Origin: Octopus vulgaris | Lineage: Eukaryota | Assembly (NCBI GenBank): GCA_951406725.2 | Contig: OX597815.1 | Location: 87,606,001 to 87,670,000, forward strand | DNA: 64,000 nucleotides | Direction of reading: 5' to 3' | Shown here: positions 27,601-38,083 of the stretch, in pieces | How the letters are laid out: the number at the start of each line of letters is the position of its first letter | How positions within the stretch are numbered: position 1 is the first letter of the stretch | The notes under the pieces: model-generated | The model's database searches: none | The model's input: the letters and a program-made list of their open reading frames with translations, nothing else | Told to the model about the DNA's origin: nothing | Translations under genes and position numbers: made by a program

Positions 27601-30600
27601 GCTATCAAATTATCTTTCCCTCTTCACTGAACCACTACCCGTTGAGTTACCCTAACTACCAAACATCTTTCACCCACCCCATGTACCATGTCTATCTCTC
27701 TACTTGCATTCTTGCAGCCTACCTACCCACAAATCATCTTCCTGTCTCTCAACCTTCTGCTACTCTTCACCCCTTTCTGAACTGCAAGTCATCATCTGCT
27801 CTTCCTTATCTTCCCTCTAAATAATATGTAGCATTGATTATCCCTCCATCCTTATCCACCATTCACTATGTTCACCCTTCAACACTACCCAATCTCTACA
27901 GTCATCACCTACACTCCAGTGTCTTTTCTGCAATACATATTATCATCAATGATGTATCAATCCTTGTTCATCAGTCATTATATTGCTCCTCCAACGCTCC
28001 TAACCCATCTCTACCCCTCCCATCCTTCCTGTTTTATTCCCACTTACTTTCTTAGACCTTCAGGGCTGACCATAACACTTCATCCCCATCTTTATCTCTT
28101 TCCAACTACAATTTGATACCTACTCACTCTTGTATAAAGTAGCCACATATCTCCTCTACAGAAAGAAACCTATTCCAACCCCTTCTTTCATTAGTATTTG
28201 ATCCAGTTGTATCAGACCCAGATATTCTACCTGCTTTACATTAAAACTAACCAGATCCATCCTCTCATACCTATCCTACAAAGTCATTCCAGAAATATGC
28301 AAACACACCATTGAAATCTCAAGGCCACAAGATAATGCACAATTAATTCAAAACAATGTGAATAAATAAGCAATGCATTTGACAAAGAAATCTGAATGCT
28401 AAAGGGTTAACCCCTCAGCAGTAATCACAAGGCTGCCTCCTTCTCTACTGTAGTGCCACTTAGTAATTGGGATCTTAGTCTTGCAAGCTACATGGTGAGT
28501 TTACTAGTGCTGGTGCCACATAAAAAGAACCCAGTACATTCTGTAAAGTAGTTAGCATTAAGAAGGGTATCTAGGAAGAGAAACCATGCCATTATATTAC
28601 CTATGTGTATTTGTAATTTGTATGTTCCTTCGAGGTATTTTATTTCAGTTACTAGAGTATGACATAGACATCTGACCTATCAGACTCTATCAAACCATCC
28701 AAACCATGCCAATTTGAAAGACAGACATTAAAAGATAATGATGATGATGATATCTACTAAATTCACTAACAAAGTTTTGGTCAGCTTGAAACTGTAGCAG
28801 AAAATATTTGCTTAAGGTGCCAAGCAAGCAGTGAGACTGAACCTGAAACAACATGGTTGCAAAACAAACTTCTTAACCACACATCCATGCTAATGTCATA
28901 AATATATAAATAATTAAAAGATGAAATGGAATTCTTTGTTAACTCCAGGACAACCTCAATCATGCAGGTCTATGATAAAAAATATTCTAGTTTTGAGCAT
29001 CTCATCTCTGTTACAATATGTTACGGTAACATATGTATCTGATGGGAACCAAACCAGCTGCTATATATCAATAATGTGACCGAGATAAAATGCCTCAAAG
29101 GAACATACAAAAGATAGACACATGTAGGTAATACAATGAGTTGAAAAGCCTTGATCAACAAAAGATTATCCAAGTAATTAGTAGATGAAGAACTTCTAAT
29201 AATGCTTATGGAGATAATTCCAATAAGATCACATGATTAATATTTTTTGGATAATATAAACAGTGCAGATTTGAGTGGATCCAGGTTTTAAAGCCAAATG
29301 GTGATAGAAACAGAATATTTTGGTTTATTAGATCTTCTTCAGCAAAAAAGTTTGTTCAGGTATATCATCATCATCGTTTAACATCCGCTTTCCATGCTAG
29401 CATGGATTGGACGATTTGACTGAGGTCTGGAAAACCAGATGGCTGCATCAGACTCCAATCTCATCTGGCAGAGTTCCTACAACTGGATGCCCTTCCTAAC
29501 GCCAACCACTCCGAGAGTGTAGTGGGTGCTTTTACGTGCCATGCTCAATGGTGCTTTTTATGTGCCACCTGCACAGGAGCCAGTCCAGCGGCACTGGCAA
29601 CGACCTCGCTCAAATGTTTTTTTTTCATGTGCCACCAGCACAATTGCTAGTAAGGTGACGCAGGTAACAATCATGCTCAAATGGTGTTTTTAATGTGCCA
29701 TTATCATGGAGGCCAGCTTGTTGCTCTGGTAATGATCTCACTCATGTGGTACTCTTAGCACGGATGCCAGTCATTGAATTTGATTTCACTTGCCTCAACA
29801 GGTCTTCGCAAGCAGAGTTTAGTGTCCAATGAAGGAAAGGCAAGCATAAATGGACTGGTCACACCCCTGGCAAAGGCCACAAGGTTATGGTCTCACTTGC
29901 GCTTGCCGAGTCTTCTCAAGCACAGCATATTTCCAGAGGTCCCGGTCACTAGTCATTGCCTCAGTGAGGCTCAATGTTCGAAGGTCATGCTTCACCACCT
30001 CATCCCAGGTCTTCCTGGGTCTACCTCTTCCACAGGTTCCCTCAACTGCTAGGGTGTGGCACTAATGCATTTTTTTTTCAATTGCATGAAAAGTCAGAGT
30101 GGGATGGGATACACTACCTGCATCAATCTGCTGTAAAAGCATGTAGTAATTTTACCTTGGTTGTATTCTTAGTGCAGTTCGATTTTAACAGTTATTTTTT
30201 CAAAGCTATAATGGAAGTGACAAAGGAGCATATTTTTCTTTATGAGTTCAATAAAAGCAACAACGCAACAAAGTGTGAGGAATATAAATGCAGTATCAGA
30301 CAATAAGTACAAGTCAGTATCAATGGTGGTTACAGAAATTCCGAGCTGGAAACTACAGCCTAGATGAGTCTCATCTTGGAAAATCTGTGGAGCTTGACAA
30401 GGACATCCTGCAAACCGTGGTGGAACAAAATCCCATTGTAGCTGTTGAGGAACTAGCAGAGAAGCTTGGATTTAGTCATTCAACCATTCACCAACACTTG
30501 CATGCCATCGGAAAAGTCAGTGCTAGAAGGAAAATGACCACCTTTGGTTTCAAGACGAAAGGTGTTCTTTCATCAGGATAATGCTCGGCCACATTCATTC

Positions 30601-33600
30601 AGCAAGGATGACATTCCAAAGGCTGGAGCAATTTCAATGGGAAACAATGCCCCACCCATCATATTTGCTGGACATTGCCCCATCTGATTATCAATTATTC
30701 CGCAGTCTTCAGAATCATTTAGATGGAAAAAATATGAATTCTGTAAAGGTCAGAACAGTATTGGAGAAGTATTTTTCTTTATGGACAAGTAAATTTTGGA
30801 AAACAGTCCTTGCAAGTCTACCAGCTGGAAGAGCATTGTAGAAAATGAAGGAGAGTATATTTTAGATTAAAAAAGAACTTAGTTCATGCTAATTTTGAAA
30901 AATAAAAGAAGTATAAAAAAAAAAACCTACATTATTTATGGGATGAACCAATATATATAAGTTCACACACATATATATGCAACAGTTCATTTGTGTATTG
31001 AGAGAAAAGTTGGGCATAAGAGGAATTATATGCAGTGTGCAAGAGAGGAGACTGCACTGGTTTGGTCAAATGATGCAGATGGATGAGGACAGTTGCATAA
31101 AAAGTGCCGAGCACTTAAAGTGGAGGGAAGTTGTGGAAGAGGGAAACCCAGAAAGACATGGGATGAAGTAATATTGAAGTCCAATCTCAAAATGCTTAGC
31201 CTTGCGAAGGCTGAGATACGTGGTGCATTGCTGCCCACCAGAACAGAATTGATATCCTAAAATCAAGGGAAATGCTGAAAGTACAGCTGCTAGAATAAGA
31301 ACTGGTTGGAGAAAGTTCAGAGAGCAATTACCTCTGTTGGTAACAAAATATCTATCTCTCAGAATGAAAGGCAGATTGTATGATGCTTATGTAAAAACAA
31401 CAATGCTACATGGTTGTGTAACTTTGGCTGTGAATGCAAAGGACATGAAAAGACTAAAAATGCTAGTGTGCATATACCACAGTTTACAAATTTGTTAAAA
31501 AACAAAATTGGGCATAAAAGACATTAGATGCTGCATGCAAGAGAGAAGACTATGCTGGTGTGGTATTATGATGCATATGGATGAGGACAGCTGTATAAAT
31601 TGTGTACTGCAAATGTGGATGGAATTTGTGGAAGAGGGAGTTTGAAGAAGGCATGAGGTAAAATAGTGAAGATAATCCTCAAAATTTTGAACCTCATGGA
31701 AGAGATGATAGAGCACTAAGAAAGAATGCTGATATGCTGTGCTTGAAAAAATCCATTTATCTCATAAAAAAAAAAAAAAGGTACTGTCAAGCCCTCCCCC
31801 ACAATTCTTCTAACAAACATTCCTCCAATAATTTTCTAACTATGGTACTAATCACTCAAATACTGTAAATGATACAATTTATCACCCTTATACTTCACAT
31901 TGTATCCCTACTACTACTCTCCTTTATCAGTGCCTCCTCTCCCCTAAGCCATTCCAATTTCTTACATCCCCTATCCTCTAAACTGACATTCAGTGTCCAC
32001 CTCAACTCCTGTATATAATCATTTGTACTCTGTTGCACCAGCCTTCTATCCCTATCCTCTCACCATCTTTCTCTTTCCAACAATGGGATGATCTTAGATG
32101 ATCTTAGGTGCATTTAGGTTTTGATCATATTATGTTCGTTTCGATGTTTACTTTTTGCATGGGTTAGACAAGACTTGTTGAGGCAGTTTTTCTATGGCTC
32201 AATGCTTACTTGTTTCAAAATTATTTATTCATTTCTTTTTGTTTCTTGTGTTTTGAAAATGGATCACTCAATAACTAGACCTCTTTTTTGCAGCAGGTAT
32301 AAAGAGTAACAGCCTGTTTTACAGTGTGCAAACTATGTCAATATACAAATGGGGAAAACACACATGCAAACATATGTGCAACAAGAGGCTTCTGAACAGC
32401 TTATCTCAACTAATTTCACTCACAAAGCATTGTTTAGCCCAAGGCAGTAAGTGAAACTCATTTGCCCATGGCATCAAGCAGTGAGAACAAACTAAAAAAC
32501 TTGTCACTGCAAAATGAACTTTTAAACCACATAGCCAGGCCTGCATCTATATAAATCCCAAACCACATGAATATAATCTCAGTTAATCAAAGTTGTTTTT
32601 TAATTCACTAGATTACATATGTGAGATCATACAGCATATATATTTAGTATACAGAACATTCTCCCCAGGTAGTTTCTCTTGACCATATTGTTTATATACA
32701 TAATCACTGTTCTCTGTTTCTCTCTTTTTAATATATATATACTGATTTCTCTTAATTTTGACAACTGAGCTGGATATGTTTCACTGAGGAAATCTAATAA
32801 GACTGGAACATATCAATTGTTTTCACTTTAAAAGTTAACTTTAAAAACAAAATTCACTCCAATCTGCATTTTTTATTGCTTATTCAGGATGAAGAGCAGT
32901 GCTTATGACTCTTTTTGAGGACTGCCAGAACAAGTTGGGAGAGAGAGGGGAGAATATATCTCCAAAAGTCAGAGACCTAACCTAAATGCTTCTAACAGAT
33001 TGGACTCCACTAAAGGCATTCAAAAGCAAGGTGGTGGTGTTAAATTGTGCAACTGATTTCATTTGTCATTTCCTTTGCTTGTTTTTAAATCTTAGCATCC
33101 AGAGGGAGAGTTTTTGTCTACTTATCGTTAAGATAAGCTCGTTCGATTGAAGCTTTTTGAACTCACTATATTACATATGTGAGGCTTTACCGGCTGTTTA
33201 TTTTATTTATTTTTACTAAGACTTCACCTCACATGCTGTCTTCTGTTTACATGCAGAAAAACAATAGCACATAATGCCCGTGACAGAGACGACGATTCCT
33301 TCCAACCTTTTTAGTACTGGGTGGTTAAGAGAAATAACGGGTAACAGCAGAATATCGTAAGATTATCTATTATTAGAATAAATAAATAGAATCAATTCCA
33401 GTACCTTGTCTTTCTGATACTTTTTGTGCTGCTTACAGTGAAAGGAAGAGACGCGTGGCGTTTTATGTATTACCAGGTTGTATATATTATTATTCAAGAA
33501 AGAACGAGTGCTCATCGAACTGAAACGATGTCCAGGGTCGAGTCTCTGTTGAAGTCCCTTCACTTCATTAGCAACATTAACACACTGAAGATAAAGATGA

Positions 33601-34330
33601 TCATCACTGAATTCCCATTTTCCTAAAACATGTCCTTCAAAATTACTGTTCGGTGCCTATGAACGAAGTTATCATTTTGAATTATGTTATTAAACATATG
33701 TATTAATTTTTTTTACTAGGCACACAACCAACTTTTGCGGAGAAAGAAATATACAAAATGTGAGACGGTCTCTAGGTTTGAATGCATTCGATCATGTCTG
33801 CTCAATTAGAGCTGACCTGGGGTTAAGCAACAACAACAAAACAATTGACAGACCCTCAGGATAAAGCAAAGGTAGCAGTTGACCCAGACGAGATTTGAAC
33901 CAAGAAACAAGAGGGGTGAAACGTTTGAAATATATATAATTCGGCGCATTAGTGTTGACTATCTAATTAGAATTATAGGTTAGCGAACTTCAACTTCGTT
34001 AAAGAATTTTCCAGAATCTGCAAACAGGTTTCGTTTGCGTGTTGTCAAAGGCAGTTCGTAATGGAATAAGATGAACCAAAAAATTCACGAGAGAAAGTAT
34101 ATTAATAATGCTAAAATAGTAACAATAATAATGGTGATCGTATTTGATATATAAATACGTCAAGCGTAAGATCTCCAACAAACAAAATGCCACTATGTGT
34201 TTTGAGTGAAAAATAATAAAAAATTATGAAATAAGAAAGGATAAAACACAAAAACAAATTCAGTTACAGTAAAAAAACGTGAACATTACCTTTGAAAATT
34301 GAAGAGTTTTTCAATTTTTATGTTACTCAT
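2558..34330 (-). CDS. AUP1: AUP1 (ancient ubiquitous protein 1 / lipid droplet-regulating VLDL assembly factor), 5' part, 7 coding exons; gene continues beyond the window start
   Basis: Spliced by hand: 34330-34290, 10262-10125, 8806-8656, 6283-6172, 3986-3914, 2888-2852, 2602-2558 (597 nt, 199 codons). All junctions are GT-AG and phase-compatible. Translation MSNIKIEKLFNFQRLPEGLALIPIIVYFPIGFLLAVVRFFIGLQTLLVSCILPKFSPVRSFILRVMCAVLG...NHVSSFDH...PLLVHPEGSSTNGRYGLLKFCTWPFSLDFPLQPMTLHVSRP matches the AUP1 N-terminal membrane hairpin and acyltransferase domain as I recall the human protein. Confidence 0.93.
2852..2888 (-). CDS. AUP1: AUP1 coding exon 6 (37 nt)
   Basis: TTTCAG| acceptor, |GTAAGC donor; (C)TWPFSLDFPLQP (human SWPFSIQDVVQP). 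Confidence 0.87.
3914..3986 (-). CDS. AUP1: AUP1 coding exon 5 (PEG motif)
   Basis: TTTCAG| acceptor, |GTAAAT donor; SNIPLLVHPEGSSTNGRYGLLKF. Confidence 0.9.
4441..5930 (+). mobile_element. Decayed pogo-family DNA transposon (Brinker-like DBD, CENP-B HTH, DDE_1)
   Basis: Broken frames give RKYRAALKLEV..NWVTAREFCVSE, PQLEKNVVQWVLE, ASARWCTRFM, VILGRLTSVLQPLDISIN..FKAMM and ICEWV..IIVKLFKKGGVSNALDVTEDD. Interrupted by a (GAT)n-tailed repeat at about 4780-5065. Confidence 0.8.
6172..6283 (-). CDS. AUP1: AUP1 coding exon 4
   Basis: TTGTAG| acceptor, |GTAAGT donor; PSVCELFPTLEWILGWKDFGFKQNKESFLNNVKGFCS; its phase 0 to 1 fills the gap between exons 3 and 5 exactly. Confidence 0.88.
8656..8806 (-). 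CDS. AUP1: AUP1 coding exon 3 (acyltransferase motif I, NHVSSFD)
   Basis: AATAG| acceptor, |GTACGT donor; FILRVMCAVLG...VIVTNHVSSFDHFTTALVYPSLL; overlaps ORF 8566..8847. Confidence 0.93.
10125..10262 (-). CDS. AUP1: AUP1 coding exon 2 (hydrophobic hairpin)
   Basis: TTTCAG| acceptor, |GTAAGT donor; LPEGLALIPIIVYFPIGFLLAVVRFFIGLQTLLVSCILPKFSPVR. Confidence 0.93.
11035..11162. repeat. Purine-rich (GA/GGAGA) low-complexity tract
   Basis: Almost only A and G on the + strand. Confidence 0.85.
12097..12290 (-). mobile_element. Short RTE-tail repeat (SINE or LINE 3' fragment); similar copies near 4780-5065, 10351-10630, 28470-28752, 36960-37170, 47180-47370, 52965-53172, 54640-54847
   Basis: Shares GTGGTTGGCGTTAGGAAGGGCATCCAGCTGTAGAAA..CCAACCCATGCCAGCATGGA..(GAT)n with the LINE 3' end at 167-330. 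Confidence 0.8.
13550..14132 (-). mobile_element. tRNA-derived SINE copy interrupted by a dimeric RTE-tail repeat (+, about 13785-14077)
   Basis: Host halves match the SINE at 49350-49765 in reverse; the insert ends in (GAT)n. Confidence 0.75.
15470..15785 (-). mobile_element. tRNA-derived SINE (same family as 49350-49765)
   Basis: Reverse complement begins CAGGAGTGGCTGTGTGATAAGTAGCTTGCTTACCAACCACATGGCTCCAGGTTCAGTCCCACTGCGTGGCACCTTGGGCAAG. Confidence 0.85.
18290..19416 (-). mobile_element. Decayed Tc1-family (DD34E-type) transposon
   Basis: ORF 18712..19128 gives a paired-like HTH and RRPWVTT..QDHFIHL. ORF 18328..18618 gives GGQSIMVWSAI, HVFQQ and WLALSSNLIPIEHL (from WPAxSPDLNPIEHL). A TIR-like CACTGAACTGGAAAAGAAATGCAA starts at 19416. 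Confidence 0.85.
19513..19920 (+). mobile_element. tRNA-derived SINE, full length
   Basis: GGCACAGGCATGGCTGTGTGGTAAG A-box head, central CTTGAGCAAGTG, internal TA/TG microsatellite, (AAAGAAT)n tail. Confidence 0.87.
20478..20838 (+). mobile_element. tRNA-derived SINE, full length
   Basis: Same family; its tail provides the TA target of the adjacent maT element. Confidence 0.87.
20840..22107 (+). mobile_element. maT (DD37D) Tc1/mariner-superfamily transposon, near full length, frameshifted
   Basis: TA-CAGGGTG...CATCCTG-TA ends; ORFs 20926..21276 (HTH) and 21276..21647 ([19 protein letters not shown]); WPPNSPDCNSLDYY motif downstream. Confidence 0.9.
22349..22580 (-). mobile_element. Second tRNA-derived SINE family (Meta/MESC-like central domain); many decayed copies elsewhere
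   Basis: Reverse complement: GGCGAGCTGGCAGAAAC (A box), GAGTTCAAATTCC (B box), GCCTTTCATCCTTTCGGGGTCAATAAATTAAG, A-rich tail. The domain name is from memory. Confidence 0.8.
22975..23200. repeat. (CA/TA)n compound microsatellite; similar tracts at 12455-12592, 20145-20283, 24555-24650, 37180-37412, 56009-56049
   Basis: Alternating purine-pyrimidine dinucleotides; source of the H/T/Y/I/C/V-rich spurious ORFs. Confidence 0.9.
23220..23430 (-). mobile_element. Tigger-like transposase C-terminal remnant
   Basis: IFQAQDPNFEQSAKVSTTISNGSVRYQEIYRE*..SKQTTLD*FFKK resembles the Tigger1/TIGD1 C-terminus (DPNxERSxKV..CYRxIYxEKK..QTSLDxFF). Confidence 0.65.
23717..24577 (+). mobile_element. maT (DD37D) internally deleted copy
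   Basis: TA-CAGGGTG...CACCCTG-TA; colinear with 20840-22107 except for an internal deletion of about 430 bp. Confidence 0.9.
25162..25407. repeat. Long inverted repeat (86/87-bp arms, 73-nt spacer)
   Basis: 25162-25247 is the reverse complement of 25321-25407, with 4 substitutions and 1 indel by eye. Confidence 0.9.
28183..28410. mobile_element. Probable piggyBac-type MITE (one intact end)
   Basis: Ends in AATGCTAAAGGG-TTAA (TTAA target and CCC terminus in reverse). The other end (CTTTCATTAGTATTTGA) is a decayed match to the same terminal repeat. Confidence 0.5.
29363..30062 (-). mobile_element. RTE LINE 3' fragment (end of ORF2, 3' UTR, (GAT)n tail)
   Basis: 29900-30060 is highly similar to 655-810; tail (CAT)n on the + strand at about 29365-29375. 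Confidence 0.88.
30063..30953 (+). mobile_element. mariner transposon remnant, internally deleted
   Basis: MEVTKEHIFLYEF, QWWLQKFRAGNYSL, FHQDNARPH and HPSYLLDIAPSDYQLFRSLQNHL motifs. Right TIR CATTATTTATGGGATGAACCAA-TA; left TIR truncated. Confidence 0.87.
30980..31750 (+). mobile_element. Two adjacent decayed RTE LINE ORF2 C-terminal fragments
   Basis: LREKLGIRGIICSVQERRLHWFGQMMQMDEDSC and the RMKGRLYDAYV segment, homologous to ORF 680..1081. Confidence 0.8.
34290..34330 (-). CDS. AUP1: AUP1 coding exon 1 (MSNIKIEKLFNFQR)
   Basis: ATG at 34330, donor AG|GTAATG, phase 2 joins exon 2 to give ...FQR-LP (human ..RLFDSHRLP). Confidence 0.85.
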
Positions 34331-34439
34331 GTTTGTTCGTAGGAAAGAAGCTGCAGTTCTGTTGTGTGCATATGTGTGTGTGTATAATTGTATATATATA
34401 CATATATATTTACACACACATATATATATATATATCGTG

Positions 34440-34530
34440 TGTATGGTTATAGTCTCACATTGCTGTGACGTCTGCCATCAATGGAAACCGGAAGTCGCGT
34501 TATAGTCAGTCACCAACTACAGAACCGCCG
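34440..34530 (-). promoter_or_regulatory. Putative AUP1 proximal promoter with ETS and CRE-like sites
   Basis: ACCGGAAGT (ETS consensus) at 34487-34495 and TGACGTCT (CRE, 1 mismatch) at 34466-34473, about 140-165 bp upstream of the ATG in a locally CpG-retaining stretch. Confidence 0.55.
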
Positions 34531-37177
34531 AAAAGACATAATCTCTTTTATTATTATTATTTTCCTTTGTTTACTATGTCGGTCGTTTTAGTTCCGTGCT
34601 TGTCTTAAACAAACTGCTCTTTTGTTTTATTTTATTCCTAACAATATACTTGTATTTCTCTCCGTCAGAATATCAACTTCCGCGTTGTCGTTTTACAAGA
34701 GAGGGTGTTGCCCACACATTTCATTAGTATCCGAAAGACCCTTTGGAGAATAAGGTTGATCTAAATTGCTCAGTAGTTTTGTTATGTGCTAGAACCGTTT
34801 CATTGACTTGCAGAGCATATTTTTCAATGTACTGATCAATCTTTACATTTACATAGGTAGTTACATGTGATTAACTAGCAACTGTTTTATCATAACATTT
34901 GCATAATTTTATTACTACCCCCTTTCTCCTCATTATCATATTAAAGTTCACTTTCCTCGTGGTTATCAAATGGATAAATACTAGAGCCTCCCACCAAAAA
35001 TATTAATGTAATTCACCTCTCCTTCATTGTTAATCATAACTCATACAAAAGACAATGTTGATATTTGCATCCATATAATTTTTCATACTTTATTTAGGTG
35101 TGGGACAAATTAAAAAACTTTAGTCTTTCCAATCCTCTCAGCTTCTCCATTCTATGAAAAACACTGCACTTTTCCATACTTGCAAGGGTTGGATGGGTTT
35201 GGCTGACAAACAGTAATCTTATGCTTGACTTGGCCTTCATTATAGCTTCTGTGAAGCTCTTGTCCTCCTGAGAGTTGATTGAAAATTAGGTTGCCGTAAT
35301 CTATTGAATATTGTAATGTAGTACCCACAATGCAAAATTTATCGGGAACTTCATCCAGAAATTTTCTCTGTTTCTTGTTCATCTTTGACTATTCTTACGA
35401 GGCTGCATCAATTGACCTGTTCTATATTTCTAACTTTATATATTTTTAACATCCCCATAGTTGGAGGTGTACAGCCCATTACTATGTACAATATATTTTT
35501 TCCTCAATCTCCTGATCCACTTTCAGAATGTCTATTTTTACCTATTTTTGCTTACACATTCCTCATAAACAAGCTGTAAAACTGAATTTAATTTATGTAA
35601 GCTAAATCAGACTATTAGTGATAATGATGATGAGGCCAGTCTGGAATTCTTGTTTGACTTCATTCTTTATTGAAACAAGCTAAGCAACAAAGAAAAATGG
35701 TTGAAAACGATTTCATTCAAAAATTATGTTTCTTATTAAGATAGTGAATTGGCAAAGTCATTTAAGTGTTGGTTAGAATGTTTCATGGTCTTTGCTCTGA
35801 TTCTGTTCTCTGAGTCCAAATGTCACCGAGGTCAACTTCACCATGCATCCTTTCAGTATCAAAGCACCAATTCAGAATGGTGGATTGGGAGGAGTTTTAA
35901 ATGGTTCAGTAAGATGTCTTGTGGCATCAGTTTCAGCTTTTTGTATTCTGACTGTGGCAACTGCAATGAAACTGGACCAGCTCTAGCAGATCAGATTCAT
36001 GATCAAAGGCATTCCAGACAGGATCATCCAGTCCTTTCCTAATATCTAGAGTTACATTATCACATATGTTCCTCTATTTTCAAGACATTGATGCAATTTG
36101 AGGTAGATTTGGCATCTATTTTTAGAAGGCTTAACAAACAGCGATGTCCCCTCATTGCCTCGTAGTCTTTTAGACTAAACAAATATGTACCAGTAATATA
36201 TTAAAGTCCTTCACTTAATCCCAACACCTGACATATTGGGTACTTTTAGAAGAGTCTATTCTGTTGCAAGCAGTTAAAGTTAGTAGCCTCTCCTTTGAAT
36301 AAACATCAATGGTGTTGAGAGGAAAGACTTGCATGAATGGGCAACTGCTGATCTTCCTCTAAAAATCTTGCTCAGCTTGCACACAAGTGCAAATGCTTGT
36401 TCAACCTTGACTGATAGAGGTCTTATGTATCTGTTACTAAGATGAGATGTAATTGTGAGTCATTAGATTGCATTATTGAGAGATATGCCAACCACTGATC
36501 TCTTGGTTGTTTGTCTAATACTTTATTCATTCAACTTACCATAATTTTGATTTTCTGAATATTTGGTACAAACTGCATTATATACAGGTTCACTCATTTA
36601 GATGCTTGAACTCTATTTCTTATTTCTTTACATGACTATTCCAGTTTTTCTGTTCTAGCATTAAAGTTGTTGTTTAGCCCCAAGTCTACTCTGATCTTAA
36701 TAATATCAAAGCATTCCAGCCATGACTACCCAATCTAATTTTCGGACTATCCAAGATAAAGTTATCTAATGTATGTTTCCTTTTGATGATGGCAGGCTTT
36801 GGTTTGAAGCTATTATTGTTTTGGTAGACTCAGAGCATTGGACAAAATGCTTTGTGGAATTTGTTTTGATTCTTTACATTTTGAATTCAAATTCTAGTGA
36901 GGTCAATCCTTTTAATCCCTTGGGGCTGAGGGACAATAAAATAAAGTATCAGTCATGCTGATACATTTTCCATGCTGGCATGGGTTAGATGGTTTGACTG
37001 AAACTGGTAAGTAGGAGAGCTGCAACAGGCTCCAGTCTGTTTTAGCTTGTTTTCTATGGCTGGCTGGATGGCCTTCCTCATGCCAACCACTCCATAGTGT
37101 GTAGTGGGTGCCTTATATGTGTCACTGGCATGGTACCTCTTATATGTCACCATTACTGACCACAACTATAATTTTAC

Positions 37178-37224
<47 letters not shown>

Positions 37225-37539
37225 AACACACATGTATATATATACACATATACATACATACATACACACAGACACACATATATACACATATACATACATA
37301 CATACATACATACACATATATACACACACATATATATATATGATATATATGTATATATATATGTATACATATCTATCTATCTATCTATATACACACACAC
37401 ACACACATATATATTTCACTTAGGCATAGCAAGACCAATAAACTCAATATACATATGGTCCAGAACACAATGTTAGATGAGTATAGAGTTGTAATAGGAA
37501 GGGATGACACTGGAAAAAAACAAAGGTTATGCAGTGAAC

Positions 37540-37607
37540 TTCATTAGCATACAGCTGTTTCTGCTATATGATGCGGTGGACTCTTATAGCTTCATCAGAG
37601 CCTTGAA
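37540..37607 (-). ncRNA. Candidate type I hammerhead ribozyme (Penelope-type, palindromic stem III)
   Basis: Minus strand: TTCAAGGCT-CTGATGA-A-GCTATA(16 nt)TATAGC-A-GAAA-CAGCTG-TA-TGCTAATGAA; stem I imperfect. Confidence 0.6.
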
Positions 37608-37867
37608 TATAAAGAGTGCTTTATTTCGGAAAATTACATTTTCAGAACATACATGCATTAGGAGTGAGAAAATTAATGTTGATGCCTATGGAAAGATCTG
37701 TTCAAACGTAGAAAAAAGTTTGCAAATATACACATGTGCATATACTAGAATGAAATAAAAGAAAAGAAAACTTACGCAGAAAGAGCAGATATATGGGTAG
37801 ACATGCACACACATATATATATATGTATATATATAATCAAAATAAGCAACAAGGATATCCAGAGGTA

Positions 37868-37953
37868 ATGCAGTACGATTGTTTCATGCGACTCCATTTA
37901 ATCGAACAATGCATTACATCAGTTTTAAAATGTAGAGCAATCTTCAACTGCAT
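37868..37953 (-). ncRNA. Inverted copy of the hammerhead, with core mutation C3U
   Basis: ATGCAG-TTGAAGA-...-GAAA-CAATCG-TA-CTGCAT on the minus strand. Confidence 0.5.
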
Positions 37954-37993
37954 ATAAATATAGAATTTAGTTAAATTGAAAAGATTCATTTAT

Positions 37994-38083
37994 ATGCAGC
38001 TGAAGATTGCTCTACATTTTGAAACTGATGTAATACTTGCATTGTTCAATTAAATGGAGTCGCATGAAACGATCGTACTGCAT
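37994..38083 (+). ncRNA. Candidate type I hammerhead ribozyme with intact core
   Basis: ATGCAG-CTGAAGA-[59-nt stem II hairpin]-GAAA-CGATCG-TA-CTGCAT; perfect 6-bp stem I, palindrome ACGATCGT, GUA cleavage triplet ending at 38077. Confidence 0.7.

Noticed and set aside
37104-37476. Long ORFs rich in H, T, Y and I (also 20110-20540 and 22952-23298)
   Set aside because: Translations of CA/TA/CAT microsatellites.
38000-38040. Shorter hammerhead fold using GAAA at 38021
   Set aside because: No stem II and poor stem I; the fold using GAAA at 38066 pairs fully.
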